Source of the DNA: Eukaryota sp. TZLM1-RC
Taxonomy: Eukaryota > Protista > Metamonada: BaSk clade
Direction of reading: 5' to 3'
NCBI GenBank assembly: GCA_040285825.1
Contig: JAUPSS010000009.1
Span: forward strand, 310,001 to 374,000
Length of the DNA: 64,000 bases
Part shown: in pieces, positions 11,173 through 23,811 of the stretch
Layout: every line of letters begins with the position of its first letter
Numbering within the stretch: the stretch's first letter is position 1
Translations under genes and position numbers: made by a program
Notes under the pieces: model-generated
Database searches by the model: none
Seen by the model: the letters and a program-made list of their open reading frames with translations, nothing else
Told to the model about the DNA's origin: nothing

Positions 11173-12911
11173 TCAAAATCCAAACATTTTACACTCATTG
11201 CAAACAAAATTTTCTTCTTTTGGGGAAGAATTTACACATTTTGAATGGTATTGAGTTAAACATTTACAACAGGACACTATTGGTGAAGATTGAGTTCCCA
11301 TACAAATACAAAGAACTCCATTTGAAAGTAAATCTAAAGATCTTTTCAGCTTTGTTGGTTTCTCTACTGGTTTTATCTTTGGCGATGTCCTCTTCCTGTT
11401 CTTTTCCACTATTTGTTCACTATTCGATTCAACTTGATCTACTTGAGTTCCAATTTCATGTGTGACGAATATGTCATTGGAACATGTCTCAACACTAACA
11501 ACATCAATTCTTGTTTCAAGTGATTGAACTTCACAATCAATCAAACCAACATCTGGTCGATCAAAATTATTGATTGATTGCCGCAAACGATGACATTCTT
11601 CACTGCTTTTCTTTATCTGTTCTTGCAGTGACTGATTTCTCTCCATCAGAATTGATTTTTCTTTGTCATGCTCCTGTCTATGTTGTTTTAAAATAGCATT
11701 TTCACTTTTGCAATGTTGAATCGTCGCAGACATTTCAGCCTTCCTGCTATTTAAATCTTCTCTTGTAAGTTTGTAAGTACTTTTAATCATTTCCAGCTCT
11801 TTTTCAATAAAAGCCTTTTGATTTGCACTCTTAACAGACTCTTCTGAACACAACATTAATTGAGTATTCAACGACTCTATTTCTCGTTCTTGATTAGCAA
11901 TTACTGAAGTATTTTCTATATTAATTGAGTCTCCGAGTTTGGTTGTGAGTTGTCTTAGGCTACAATTATCATCTTTGAGAATCTTCAAATCATGCTCTAA
12001 CTGATCAATGGTGTTTAAAAGTTCCTTTTCTTTTCTTGCAGAATCACTACATTGATTGCTTAATTTCTGGAAAGATTCTGAAGCGAAAAGTTCTCTCTTC
12101 TCCAAATCAATGATTTGATCTGATTTACTTTGGGAAATTCTTTTTAAACTTGCAATTGTATCTCTTTGTTTTGAAATTATATCTTCCATTTTTGTTATCT
12201 TTTCCTTTGCAAAGTCAACGTCTCTTTCTAGTTCAGAGATTTGTGTTGTAGCGGTCTGTTTGCTCTTAACTACACTGTCAATAGATTCCTCAAGTTCATT
12301 GGACAGCCTTTGAGAGTTTGTCAGCTCTTTTTTTAATTTCTCTACAATGCCAGCTTGATCATCCAATTTGGTTTGCTTTTCATACATTTCCACTCCCAAT
12401 TGTTCAAGTTTTTGATTCAGACTGTCAATAAATTCTTGCTTTTTAGCCAAAGCTTGTTCAAAACGGAATTTCTGTTTTTCTAGTTCACCATTGTGGTTTT
12501 CATATTGTTGTTCTAATTGTTCTTTTAGTTCTGGAGTTAAAAGGATGAAGAAGCCAAACCTTCATTGTTTTGTGTGAGTTTTTCATTTGCAACCACTGTT
12601 TCAGATAGTTGGCGTTCTATCGCCAGAGATTTAGTATTACACTGTGCAGCTGCCTTGCTCTTGGTGATGCAGTCACTTTTTAGAGTTTGATTTTCAGAGA
12701 GTAGTGTTTGAACCTTGTTTGTGAGACGCTCCAGCATATTAAGCGCAAAAGTGGTGTTGAGATTGTCGGTAGAGATAAAGGAAGATGGATCAACATCATT
12801 AGTGTTGTTTGATGTTGGATTATGGGTACCAAGCTCGGTGGTGTAGGATTGAGAGGTATCATTAGCAGAGGTATCGGAAGTTTCCGGGCAATGGGCAGAG
12901 GACAGATCCAT
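11173..12911 (-). CDS. Long coiled-coil protein with C-terminal PHD finger; intron 12559-12531 (29 nt)
   Basis: Track ORFs 12537..12971 and 11173..12450 join in frame via GTTTGG...TTTTAACTCCAG. C-terminal 'CIC..IVSCCKCLTQYHSKCV..FVCNEC' is a C4HC3 PHD. First ATG at 12911. Confidence 0.75.
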
Positions 12912-13188
12912 AACAGGTTCTGTTTGTTCCAGGAAGAGAATAACCTGGAATAAAGGATCTGCAGGCAACACAAAGTTTTTTTTGGCCTTTATCTGAACTT
13001 TTTTTCAATTTCAGAAGAGGATTCTAGTTAATCACAAGCAAGTACCATTTACCCGAATGTGTACTCATATACGTAGCGCGTAAAGAATTTACCATATGAT
13101 CCTTTATGTGAAAACAAATGGTTGGTAACAACTGAAACTCTATGTACATAATCAATAATAAAAACTATATGAAACTAAATGAAAAACC

Positions 13189-14142
13189 TTAAAGAACCGT
13201 AACAGAGATTGTGCCTTCAACAGAATTTAAAGTGACTGAATCCTCGCCCTTCCCAACCCTACCTTCAATGTTTCTTTTTTCCTTCTTTAAATCGGACACT
13301 TTCTCCTTATTGTCAGTCAACGACAGGGCACCAAACCGACTGCTCATCTCAAACAACCCCTGCCATGATTCACTGAGTAGCACAGAGATGGAACCTCCAG
13401 TAGAGGAAAGGGTAGCTTTCCCATTGTGTAAAGGACCAAGAACAAGAAACTCGTTGAATGACTTGATAATCAAATCAGCAATAGGAATCCCAAACAACTC
13501 AACCAGCTCAACCCTTCCTAATTGCACTCCAGAATTAATATTTATTCTTGAGGCAAATAGGCCTTGTGGAGCAGCAACAATTCCTTCATTGATAGTAATG
13601 TCCACAATCCCACTAGTGATTAAGGGTAATAAAACTGCAGTATCTCCATGACCTCTATTTATATCAACGTTGAGTAATTGGAATTCGTAATCTTTGGGCA
13701 AATAAATCTTGACATCAAAAAGAAAACAATCCAAAAGTTTGGAGAAGAAAGAAGGCGAGTAATGCATTGTTAAAACCTCCAATGGACCCAGAATTTCGTG
13801 GTTAATGGAACGTAGATCTACTGGAGGCTTGTTTGAGGGCTGTCTACTATTTTTTCGAATCATAGTAATGTTGATATAATCCGAATTATGGTAAAAGAAA
13901 TGTACTTGTGCATGTGGTAGATCAACAGAAATTCCTTGAATTTTAGATTTAGAAAAGGAAAAAACTGATCTTTGGGAGTGATCTAAAGTGCTACACAACA
14001 CTGAGTGCAGGAAAATTGACAGAAGAAAGATAATAGCGAGTGCCAAAACCAGGAAAAAGAAAATACATAGAAATCTGCGTCCCAGAGGCAGTCGAGAAGG
14101 TTGTGGGTTATCGAGAAGGTGCTCAACGTCGAGTTCCAGCAT
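13189..14142 (-). CDS. Type II membrane protein with DUF4097/putative adhesin-like beta-strand repeats
   Basis: N-terminal TM segment followed by repeated 'LSSTGGSISV', 'SSRFGALSL' and 'LNSVEGTISV' strands. Confidence 0.55.
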   Translation of the reverse strand: MLELDVEHLLDNPQPSRLPLGRRFLCIFFFLVLALAIIFLLSIFLHSVLCSTLDHSQRSVFSFSKSKIQGISVDLPHAQVHFFYHNSDYINITMIRKNSRQPSNKPPVDLRSINHEILGPLEVLTMHYSPSFFSKLLDCFLFDVKIYLPKDYEFQLLNVDINRGHGDTAVLLPLITSGIVDITINEGIVAAPQGLFASRININSGVQLGRVELVELFGIPIADLIIKSFNEFLVLGPLHNGKATLSSTGGSISVLLSESWQGLFEMSSRFGALSLTDNKEKVSDLKKEKRNIEGRVGKGEDSVTLNSVEGTISVTVL

Positions 14143-14243
14143 TGAAGTATGGTTGTGAGATTTTTGAGTTTCAAACTATTTGGGCGTCTTCTGTTGAAGT
14201 GTCCTATCCTTCTTACTATCTCTTCTCATCTTGTCCTTCTTAC

Positions 14244-17200
14244 ATGAACCTTTCAGTCACTTACTCTCCTCTTGAAGATGTTGGTCAGTTTAAAACTATT
14301 GACAATATACAGTTCGGCGTTCTCTCTCCCGAGGAAATAGTATGTTTTCTCTCCTTCTTCGTCGAACTGACTTTAGCGTAACATGGCAGTTTGTGAAGTA
14401 GATACAGAAATCCTTTATGACGATAAGAACACTCCCCGAAAAGGTGGTCCGCATGACACCCGTATGGGTGTAGTCGACTCTTCTCAACACTGTGCTCACT
14501 GCTTTGGGAAAATGGACTCTTGTCCTGGTCACTTTGGCTATATTAATCTCGTAGTCCCGGTATTTCACATGGGCTTCCTCACTACCATCCTCAAGATCCT
14601 CCGTTGTGTCTGTCCCAAATGCTCCCGTCTTCGCATCTCTCCCGACGACCCCAAACTCGCTGCGATCAAACTCAAGACCAGACCACGAGTGCGGTTGACT
14701 GAGCTATCCAAGCTTTGTGCCAAGGCTGCCCAGTGTACGGGGGGAGCTGCAGGCAAGAAAGCCGTTGGTGTTGAAGATGAAGGAATAAAGGGCTGCGGTT
14801 GTGTTCTCCCCAGTGTCAAGGTTGAAACTACCGAAACTTTTGTTAAGAAGTCGTTGAAGTTTGAATATAAGGATAAGCAAACCCAAAACGTCAGAGAAGA
14901 AGAACTTCCCGCCAAAAGAGTTCGGGAAATTCTTGCCAAGATTTCTGATGAGGATTCAAAGCTTCTAGGATTGGACCCTCAATACGTAAGACCCGAATGG
15001 CTAGTCCTTACCGTCTTCCCCGTTCCTCCCCCCTCTTCAAGACCCCCTGTCAATATGGAGAGTAATCTTCGCAGTGAGGATGATATAACCTATAAGATTG
15101 TTGATATTATCAAATCAAACTCTAATCTCCGTGACTTGAATCGCAAAGGTTCTCCTGCCCATGTACTCAACGAAGCCGCTCTCATGCTACAGTATCATGT
15201 TGGAACTCTGATGGATAATACAGGAAGGGATTTTTACCCAGCAACCCACCAAGGAAGAAAGAGTTTGAAATCAATTAGTGAACGGTTAAAATCAAAAGAA
15301 GGAAGAGTTCGGCAACATTTGATGGGAAAACGTGTTGATTTTTCTGCCAGAACTGTCATTACGGGTGATCCCATTATTGGAATTGACGAGGTTGGTGTTC
15401 CTGATGCCATCGCCAAGCATCTAACCGTTCCCGAAGTCGTTACCCCCTTCAATAGAGAGAAACTCAAACAGTTAGTTGCTAACGGCCCAGACATTCACCC
15501 AGGCGCACTCTACATTGAAAGAGATGGTCAGCGTATTGATCTGAGGTACGTTCCTTCAACTGCAGATTACCATTTAAACTTTGGTTACACAGTTCATCGC
15601 CACTTGATCAATGGTGATACTGTTTTATTTAACAGGCAGCCCACTCTTCACAAGATGTCTATCATGGGACATCGAGTTCGTATCATGCCACATTCAACAT
15701 TTAGACTGAATCTTTCCGTTACAACTCCTTATAATGCAGATTTTGATGGAGACGAAATGAACTTGCACGTTCCCCAATCTCTAGAAGCTATTGCCGAAGT
15801 CCGAGAAATGATGATGGTACCTACTCAAATTATATCTCCTCAGGCAAACAAACCCGTCATTGGTCTAGTCCAGGATGCCCTTTTGGCCTGTCGTCTGCTT
15901 ACTCAACGAGATGTTTTCCTCACTGAGTCACAAACCATGCAGTGTGCAATGTGGTTGGATCAGTTTGAAGGAAAAGAATCTCTACCAAAACCTGCTATCC
16001 TAAAACCAAAGAAACTGTATACTGGTAAACAAATTTTCTCAATGTCCATTCCAGCAAATGCCCATGTATCTTTGGAACGATTCTCTTCTTCAGCCCCTGA
16101 AGTTCCTGAAAAAGAATTCGCTTCTGTTACTGATACAAGGGTCATTATACATGATGGACATTTGTTAATGGGAATGGTTGACAAAAACACCGTGGGGAGA
16201 AGTGATGGATCTTTAATTCATGTGCTGGTTCGAGACTATGGTCATGATGCGGGAAGAATATTCCTTTCGCAAATTCAAAAAGTATTGCAAATGTTTATGC
16301 AGACGAGAGCTTTTTCTATTGGTATTTCTGATATTATTGCTGATGACGCCACCATGGACACTATTAATAGATCAATTGATGATGCTAAATTCAAGGTGGA
16401 AAACCTTCAAGAAGATAGGAAGAGTGGTAATATTAAAACAAGGCCAGGACAAACCCTGGATGACGCATTCGAAGCTGAGGTGTCTTCTGCTCTGAACAAA
16501 GCAAGAGATGATTCAGGTAAAACCGCCCAAAACTCTTTGAAAGCGTCCAATGCTTTGAAAATGATGGCTGATGCAGGTTCTAAGGGATCTTTTATTAATA
16601 TTTCTCAAATCATTGCTTGCGTTGGACAGCAGAATCTCGAAGGAAAGCGGATTCCTTTTGGTTTCTACCATCGAACTCTTCCTCACTTTGAGTATGATGA
16701 CCTAGGTCCAGCTAGTAAAGGTTTTGTTGAACATTCGTATTTTGAAGGTCTCTTACCTGATGAGTTCTTTTTCCATGCAATGTGTGGAAGGGAAGGCCTT
16801 ATTGATACTGCCGTCAAAACTTCTACCTCTGGGTACATTCAACGTCGCCTTATCAAAGCTATGGAAGATGTCATGGTTCATTATGACGGCACCGCTAGGA
16901 ATTCCACTGGAATGGTTGTGCAGTTCCTTTACGGAGAAGATGGACTCGATGCAACGTTTTTGGAAAAGCAAAAGCTTTCTATTATTAAATTAACTGATGA
17001 TGCTTTACTTGCCAAATATGTCCATAATCTATCTGATCCTAATTACGGAAAAGACGTTTTTACCCAAGAAGCATTGATTGATGTACGCCAACCAGAAAGT
17101 GAATCCATTCTTGATGCAGAACTTTTCCAATTACACGACGATAGAAATTATCTTCGTGAAAAGATTTCTCCTCACGGTGATGACAGGTGGCCGTTGCCAG

Positions 17201-19389
17201 TCCATCTAGACAGACTCATAACCAAGGCTAAGCTATCTTACCAAATAGACGCTCGGCAGCCTACTGATTTATCCCCTGTCTATGTTATTCAATTAGTTAA
17301 GCAATTGGTGGAAGACCTCCGTGTCATCGCCCCGCAATCTGAAAAACCCTTTCCCGAAGAAGTTGATGCTACGACGTTTTTCGCTATTCATGTACGGTCC
17401 GCTCTAGCTTCCAAGCCTATTACCCATGAGCACCGCCTTTCTAGAGAAGCTTTTGACTATTTAATAGCCACAATTAAGGATAGATTTAATCAATCTTTAA
17501 TTAATCCTGGTGAGATGGTTGGTATTATTGCTGCACAGTCCATTGGAGAACCTGCCACCCAAATGACCCTTAACACTTTTCATTATGCAGGTGTTTCTTC
17601 AAAGAATGTCACTCTTGGTGTCCCTCGTCTTCAAGAGCTTATCAATGTAGCAAAGAACATTAAAACCCCATCAATGTCAATCTATTTAGATCCCTCTATC
17701 TCTGGAAGTGACGATGAAGCCAATAGGATAAAGAGTAAAGTGGAATACACAACAGTGCAGTCAGTCACCAAAAGAACTGAAATTTGGTTTGATCCTCTTG
17801 AAACTAGAACAGAACCAGATACGGTTGTTGCTGATGATAAGGAAATTGTTTCAACTTATTGGGAATTACCTGAAGATGTTCGTCCTGATGAACTCTCCCC
17901 TTGGCTATTGAGGGTTGAGTTGGACAAGGAGTTGATGATTGATAAGAAGTTGACCGTTGCTGACGTGGCGTCTTGTGTCTCTAGAACTTTTGGAGCTGAT
18001 GTTCACGTCATCTTTAGTCATGAGTTTGCTGAAAAACTTGTCATTCGAATTCGCCAAGTCATTCCCCAAGAGCAGAAAGAAGAAGTGTTTTCTACCGAAG
18101 ACAATCTTCAGTTTTTGAGAACATTGGAGCACGAAATTCTCTACAAGACAAAACTTCGAGGCTACGAAGGTATTACCAAAGTCTATCTTCGCGAAGTCAA
18201 GACCCAATCTGTCGACTCTAATACTGGTGGTTTTGTTCAGAAGAGAGAGTGGATTCTTGATACGGAAGGTGTTGCGTTGAGAGCAGTGCTTTCTGTCCCA
18301 GGCGTGGATTATAAAAGAACAATATCTAACCATATTCACGAAATTTATGATGTATTGGGCATTGAAGCGACAAGACTCGCTCTACTCAATGAGTTACGAC
18401 ATGTCATTTCGTTTGATGGTTCTTATATCAACTATCGACATTTGTCTATGCTTGTGGACATCATGACGGTTAGAGGCCAGCTCATGGCTGTCTCGCGGCA
18501 AGGAATCAACAGAACCGAATTACCTGCACTTACAAGAAGTTCCTTTGAAGAAACTGTGGATATGCTGTTCGACGCAGCTGTTTTCGCCCAAAAGGACCCT
18601 GTTTTGGGACCCACACCCTCAATTATGCTTGGTCAGGACTCTCGACTAGGTTCGGGTATTACTGATTGTATTATCAATCCTGAACTATTATCAGAAGCCG
18701 TCCCTGCATTTATTGATGCTAGGTCCATGGCTGAGAGCACGACGAAACTAACCGAGGAAACCATCACCATGAGTCCAACGGTTGAAACCATGGAGTTAAA
18801 TGTTCCTCATGATGCCTTTGATGGAACTCAAGATATGGGCTTGGCTTGGTCTCCAATGCATTCACCTACTGTAACTTCAATGGAGCACCCAATGTCCCCT
18901 GGTATCGCTGCTTCTCCTTTCATCCAGTCGCCACACTTGAAAAGCCCTGGTTATTCAATGGGCGAGTCTAGTTGGGCACCTCAATCTCCTTTCATTCCAA
19001 CACAATCTCCCTTCATTACTGGTGGTTCAGGGTCATTTAGTCCCACATCCCCAGCATTGAGTGGAAGTCCTGGTTCTGAACCTTATTCGCTTTCTTATTC
19101 GTCAACGTACCAGCCTGCCTCATATAGTTTGGGTTATTCACCAACTTCTCCACAGTATCAAAATTTGATGCAAACACCTGGTTATTCAATGAGTTACTCA
19201 CCAACGTCGCCTCAATACATGACCGCTACTAGTCCAAATTATTCAATGAGTTACTCTCCCAGTAGTCCCAATTACTCTCCTACAAGTTATTCACCCTCCA
19301 GTCCAGGGATGGGAGGACCGAGCTATAGTCCAACAACATACTCTCCTGCCAGCTATTCACCTGATTCTGTTTCACCTTATTCAAGATAG
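14244..19389 (+). CDS. RPB1: RNA polymerase II largest subunit; exon 1 14244-14339, 37-nt intron 14340-14376
   Basis: 'IQFGVLSPEEI|RNMAV' after splicing GTATGT...CTGACTTTAG. Has zinc sites, catalytic NADFDGD, 'GEPATQMTLNTFH' and a YSPTSP-type CTD. Confidence 0.98.
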
Positions 19390-19559
19390 GTTTTGAATTA
19401 ATAAAATAGAATTTTCGGTTCGTTTTGTGGAATTATTTTAAACTTAATCTTTATTTTGATTTTGATTTTAGATTTTGTAATAAATTTTTTTGAATTTTAT
19501 TATGTCAACGTCAAAAATGCATATTTCTATCCCTGATAATTAATTCAATAAAACTCTGA

Positions 19560-20695
19560 ATATTTACTCACTCTTTGACCTTCGCTATACCTTCGTCTCA
19601 GTGGGTAATTTGAATCATGTTCATATAATTTTCCCAATTAATGACACCAAAATATCCAAACAAAAGTTGATAGTCAGCTCAGTTTCTGATCCTTGGATTT
19701 CAAAAATTTCCAAAAATGATAATCCTGATTTCGGAAATTTTTGTTGACACCCAAAACAGTTCCTCTTCGTGTTTTGTTACTCAAATTCCTTAAATTTATG
19801 GCCTTCTTTTAAATGATACCGAATTTTCTTGTACACTGCGCCTTCGATGTTTTATTGGGCCTATCAACGTGCCTCATAATTTGATTCGCAAATGTTGATC
19901 AAAAATTTCTCCAAATCATCCCTTTTAATTGTAAACACGTTATTACTTTCCGATCAAAAGTTCATGATGTAGTTATAAATCAACTTTTATGTTAAAGTCA
20001 CACAGAATTGTTTTCTATTTGGAACTTTTACTCTCTCGTTTGGTTGATGAAGATACATTGAATTCTTTTGGTCGAAATTCTTGAAGGATTTAACAAGCGA
20101 GTTGTTATCCGAGTGAATAGCGAAAATCTCCCGTCGTTCAATTGAAGGGACTTGAGTAGGTAAAAGCTGTATGTTAAGGTTTGTTGTTTAGTTTTAAGAT
20201 GTGTCTGTTTCCGGAATAAATTCTTGAAGGTTTTCAAGGGACGACTATTATTATTGATGTGAGATCCACTAATTTGTGTAACTTGTTTTTACCCTTGGCA
20301 TAGTCGAAACATCAATTCCCCTTATTCTGTTGCCGAAAATACTAAAATTGATAAACATAAAGCAAAGTTACTTCTTTCTGAATCTCACACTCATAATGTC
20401 CTCTGTCCATTTGCTTTTTCCCTACATGGCTTGCTTGGACCTCTTGCTTTATCTTTCTTGGATAATTTTGATGAAATTGTGAAAGAGAGTACTGGAAGAG
20501 TTTTGACTAAATGTTTTGTCAGAACAGAATTGTTTTATCAATTTTTACAGGTGTTATCCCGTTATTATCTTTTGCTTTATTATCTCTTGATCGCTTTTAT
20601 GAAGGAAAAGCTTCCAGTCAATTTTTGTTGGCTGATTTGTGGTAAGAAGATTTAGAACTCTAATTTTGTTGTTTTGCATTGCGTTGGAATAAATA
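19560..20695 (+). mobile_element. Decayed CRE-like element (family D, related to B), interrupted by a family C fragment
   Basis: Reads 'QIP*IYGLLLND..LRLRC..NHPFNCKHVITFRSKVHDVV', resuming at about 20226 with 'GTTIIIDVRST...CPFAFSLHGLLGP', ending at AATAAA near 20693. Homologous to 57530-57916 and 49850-50030. Left boundary approximate. Confidence 0.7.
20088..20220 (+). mobile_element. 5'-truncated 3' end of CRE-like family C with target-site duplication
   Basis: Matches about 50290-50420 (GTGAATAGCGAAAATCTCCCGTC...GGAATAAA). Flanked by the direct repeat AAATTCTTGAAGG at 20075-20087 and 20218-20230. Confidence 0.75.
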
Positions 20696-21033
20696 TCTGA
20701 ACAAATTTCTGGCTATTGGTAAAGAAGTGGGAAAACATGTTAGTGTCCTCATTTTATTATGGTTTTGATGTTACGTATTGTACCATTTTATGGGGGAATT
20801 GGAAAAGGAAATGATTCTTATATTTTCTCCTTTCTTAACATCTCACTGAATTAGGAAAAAAATGATTAGAATAATGGATGATACTTTTCAATTTTCCTCA
20901 TAAGGTGTTCGACAATTATTCTTTCAATCACTTTTTCAATCATTTTTTTATTGTTTTTTATTGTTTTTTATTGTTTGTTTTATTTTTCTATCGCTATTAT
21001 TATTACATAATTACTTTATAATACAAGAAAGAA

Positions 21034-23688
21034 CTAATCATCCTCTTCAGATTCACTACGTTCACCATCAGTAACAATTTCTTCCACCGTAAGATCATCA
21101 ACATCACTATTAGCCTTGGGAATTAAATCTTCAGGATCTTTTTCAATTTCCTCTATTTTTACCAGATTAATTTCTGGCTTCTCATTAAAAATATTTTTTG
21201 GAATAGAATAAACGTCTGGAAAAACTGGAATTTCAGGAACAGCAATCCCTGTAGGATTCCAGTAGTCAGCATTTCCAATTCTATAAATAATGATAAAGGG
21301 AGCAATCTCAGGTGGCACTCTTTTGGTAGAACTCCATTGGTACATCTTTGGAATACAGATATCATCAGTGTAGACACAGCGATCTTCTCTTATATCTCCT
21401 CCTTTTTTGATAAATAGCTTGACAGTCATCTCACTAGGAACAAGGCCATTTCTAGATTTAAGTTTCTTTTGAGGAGGTGCAGGGAAAAGGGGATTTGTGG
21501 AGCCTTGTACAACAGCAGATTTGAAGACCTGAGCACCATCCACTGTAATTGTGTAAAACAAAGAATGTTCAGAGATTGTTACATTTTTGAAGGTAACGCG
21601 TTGAAAATGAATATTTAAAATAGAATTAATTAATGAATTCGATAAAATTGCCCTTGCTGCCTCATGTCTACATTTTTGGGTAAGTAACGAATCACTGGCT
21701 TTTGGGTGCCATTTCTGCATTTGGGACAAATACTGCTGAATCTGCCGTAATAATGAAAGCAATTCTTCAACAAACAGATCAAATTTGGATATCAAATCTT
21801 CAGCGTGAGCATAAGCTAATTTGAGTTTGTTAAATTTAAATTCTAATATATCGAACTTCTTCTTGTATTCATCTCTCTCAGCAGCAACCTCACGTGACGA
21901 GTCAACGTTATTCTGAGCTATAGACGACACCTCTTCAGTCATTTTATCTACCATTTGCGCTCTAATTTGGGTTAATTCAGAGAGCTTCTCTTCAAGCTCA
22001 GCTCGCTCTTTTCTGACCATTTCTTTAACTATATTCTTTGCCTTTCCTTGAAGATTTTGAGCTGCTTCCTGTAATTTATGAGCTGCTTCGACAGTTCGGT
22101 CCTGTAAAGTCTTGTTTTTTCCAATCAAATCATCTATAATTGACTGTTTTTCTGCAATCACTTTCTTGATTTCAGCGACTTCGTTATTATGATCTTTTTG
22201 AAGAGTGACCACGGTTTCTTTACCAACATTGGAAAGTTCTTCAATAGATGTTTCCAGGGATTCCTGCATTGCTTTTTTCATTTCTTCTTGCTGTTCAAAG
22301 AGTCGTTGACGTTCTTTTTCAAAAGATGCCAAAAGATCACGCTTTTCTTCCATCAATTTTGATTGATTGACCTCCATTTGTTTAATTGTGTCTTCGAGAT
22401 CGTTGATCTGTTCTTGCTTGTGCTCAATCAACATCATTAAAGATTCATTTTCATTCTTTAATTTCTGATTTTCAGAGCCCAAAGACTCAATTAATTCTTC
22501 ATTTTGATTCACAGTGGAATTCAATTGTTGAATCTGGCCATGAAAATCAATTCTTAGGGATCGAACAGTGTCATTCTGCTCAAATAAAAGTCCTTCAAGC
22601 TCCTTGTATTTGGCAGTCAATTCGGAAACTTCAGTCACTTTTTGAGCTAATCGATCATTTAATGATTGAATGGCTTCATCTTTTTCAATCAATTTCCGTT
22701 CTTTGATGTTCAATGCAACTGTCAACTGCTCATTTGACACGTTTGACTGGCTCAAAATTTTGATTTTTGACTGCAACTGTCTAATCAAGTCCTCTTTTTG
22801 GTCCAAATGATTGTCTTTTTCAGCAATAACTCTTTCAAGTCTCACAATTTCAACTGATTGACGATCAAAATTGCCAGAATTCACAAGACTTGCAGAATCA
22901 CCTTTTGATTGGCAATCGCAATTTGATTGATTTAAACTAACCGGACTACTTTCCAGAATAGGCAACTCCTCAACAAAAGGAACATTACACCCTTCAGAAC
23001 TGCATACGCTCACACTAAACATCACTGCCAGCAAAGCAAACGCTGTACAATACCCCTTCTCCTCCCCCTTGAGTTCATAAAGAACGTGTCGTCGTAGAAT
23101 TCTGGTTGAATCACGTAAAAGAGACCTGCTGAGGAGTTCACCGAGACTAGACAAAAGAATTGACCTCCATTCAGAAGAGGGGACGTGGAGAGAGGAGAGA
23201 AGAATATAGGTTTGTTCAATAGAGATGGAGGGATCAGAAAGGTAAACGTGATGGATCACGTGTGGTCTTCTGCGGTCAAGCTCAGAGCAATAAAGATGAC
23301 GAAGTTCGACAAAGGAGTTGAAATGAGAAAGGGGAATGGACTCATTGAGAAAGGAACCAAAAAGAGCAACTTCTGGATGTGAAGCTGAGAATCGTTTGAT
23401 GGAAGATAGTAACTCTCTACCAGTCTTTGCCAAAGAAGAGGAGAGGAGCTTACGGCAGAGCTGAGGGACTGATGTATCAGGGCTGTCTCCATTGTGGCTT
23501 CCTGATGGAGAGGTAAGAGAGAATCTACGGGTGTCGTAAACCTTTTGCACAAACGAGAGAAGCCAGCCAAGAGGTTTAGGTGTGATTGAGGAAGAAAAAG
23601 GGGGAAGTGAAGAAGAAAAGTTGGAGGAAGGAGCTGCAACATGTGGAATGTAGGAATAGTAATGGTGATCTCGTAGAGATTCTGACAT
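21034..23688 (-). CDS. Large coiled-coil protein with C-terminal C2-like beta domain, function unknown
   Basis: First ATG at 23688 (MSESL). Central heptad-rich region; C-terminal 'FYTITVDGAQVFKSAVVQGSTNPLF' resembles a C2 domain; acidic tail. Confidence 0.7.
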   Translation of the reverse strand: MSESLRDHHYYSYIPHVAAPSSNFSSSLPPFSSSITPKPLGWLLSFVQKVYDTRRFSLTSPSGSHNGDSPDTSVPQLCRKLLSSSLAKTGRELLSSIKRFSASHPEVALFGSFLNESIPLSHFNSFVELRHLYCSELDRRRPHVIHHVYLSDPSISIEQTYILLSSLHVPSSEWRSILLSSLGELLSRSLLRDSTRILRRHVLYELKGEEKGYCTAFALLAVMFSVSVCSSEGCNVPFVEELPILESSPVSLNQSNCDCQSKGDSASLVNSGNFDRQSVEIVRLERVIAEKDNHLDQKEDLIRQLQSKIKILSQSNVSNEQLTVALNIKERKLIEKDEAIQSLNDRLAQKVTEVSELTAKYKELEGLLFEQNDTVRSLRIDFHGQIQQLNSTVNQNEELIESLGSENQKLKNENESLMMLIEHKQEQINDLEDTIKQMEVNQSKLMEEKRDLLASFEKERQRLFEQQEEMKKAMQESLETSIEELSNVGKETVVTLQKDHNNEVAEIKKVIAEKQSIIDDLIGKNKTLQDRTVEAAHKLQEAAQNLQGKAKNIVKEMVRKERAELEEKLSELTQIRAQMVDKMTEEVSSIAQNNVDSSREVAAERDEYKKKFDILEFKFNKLKLAYAHAEDLISKFDLFVEELLSLLRQIQQYLSQMQKWHPKASDSLLTQKCRHEAARAILSNSLINSILNIHFQRVTFKNVTISEHSLFYTITVDGAQVFKSAVVQGSTNPLFPAPPQKKLKSRNGLVPSEMTVKLFIKKGGDIREDRCVYTDDICIPKMYQWSSTKRVPPEIAPFIIIYRIGNADYWNPTGIAVPEIPVFPDVYSIPKNIFNEKPEINLVKIEEIEKDPEDLIPKANSDVDDLTVEEIVTDGERSESEEDD

Positions 23689-23811
23689 CTTCTTACTGCA
23701 AAATAATGTCAAATAGTGGCAACCTGTTCAGATTATTGGATGATGGAGATGATGGGAAATTCCTACTAGTATATGCACACGATCAATTTTCGTGCAGAAT
23801 AATCACAAAAA

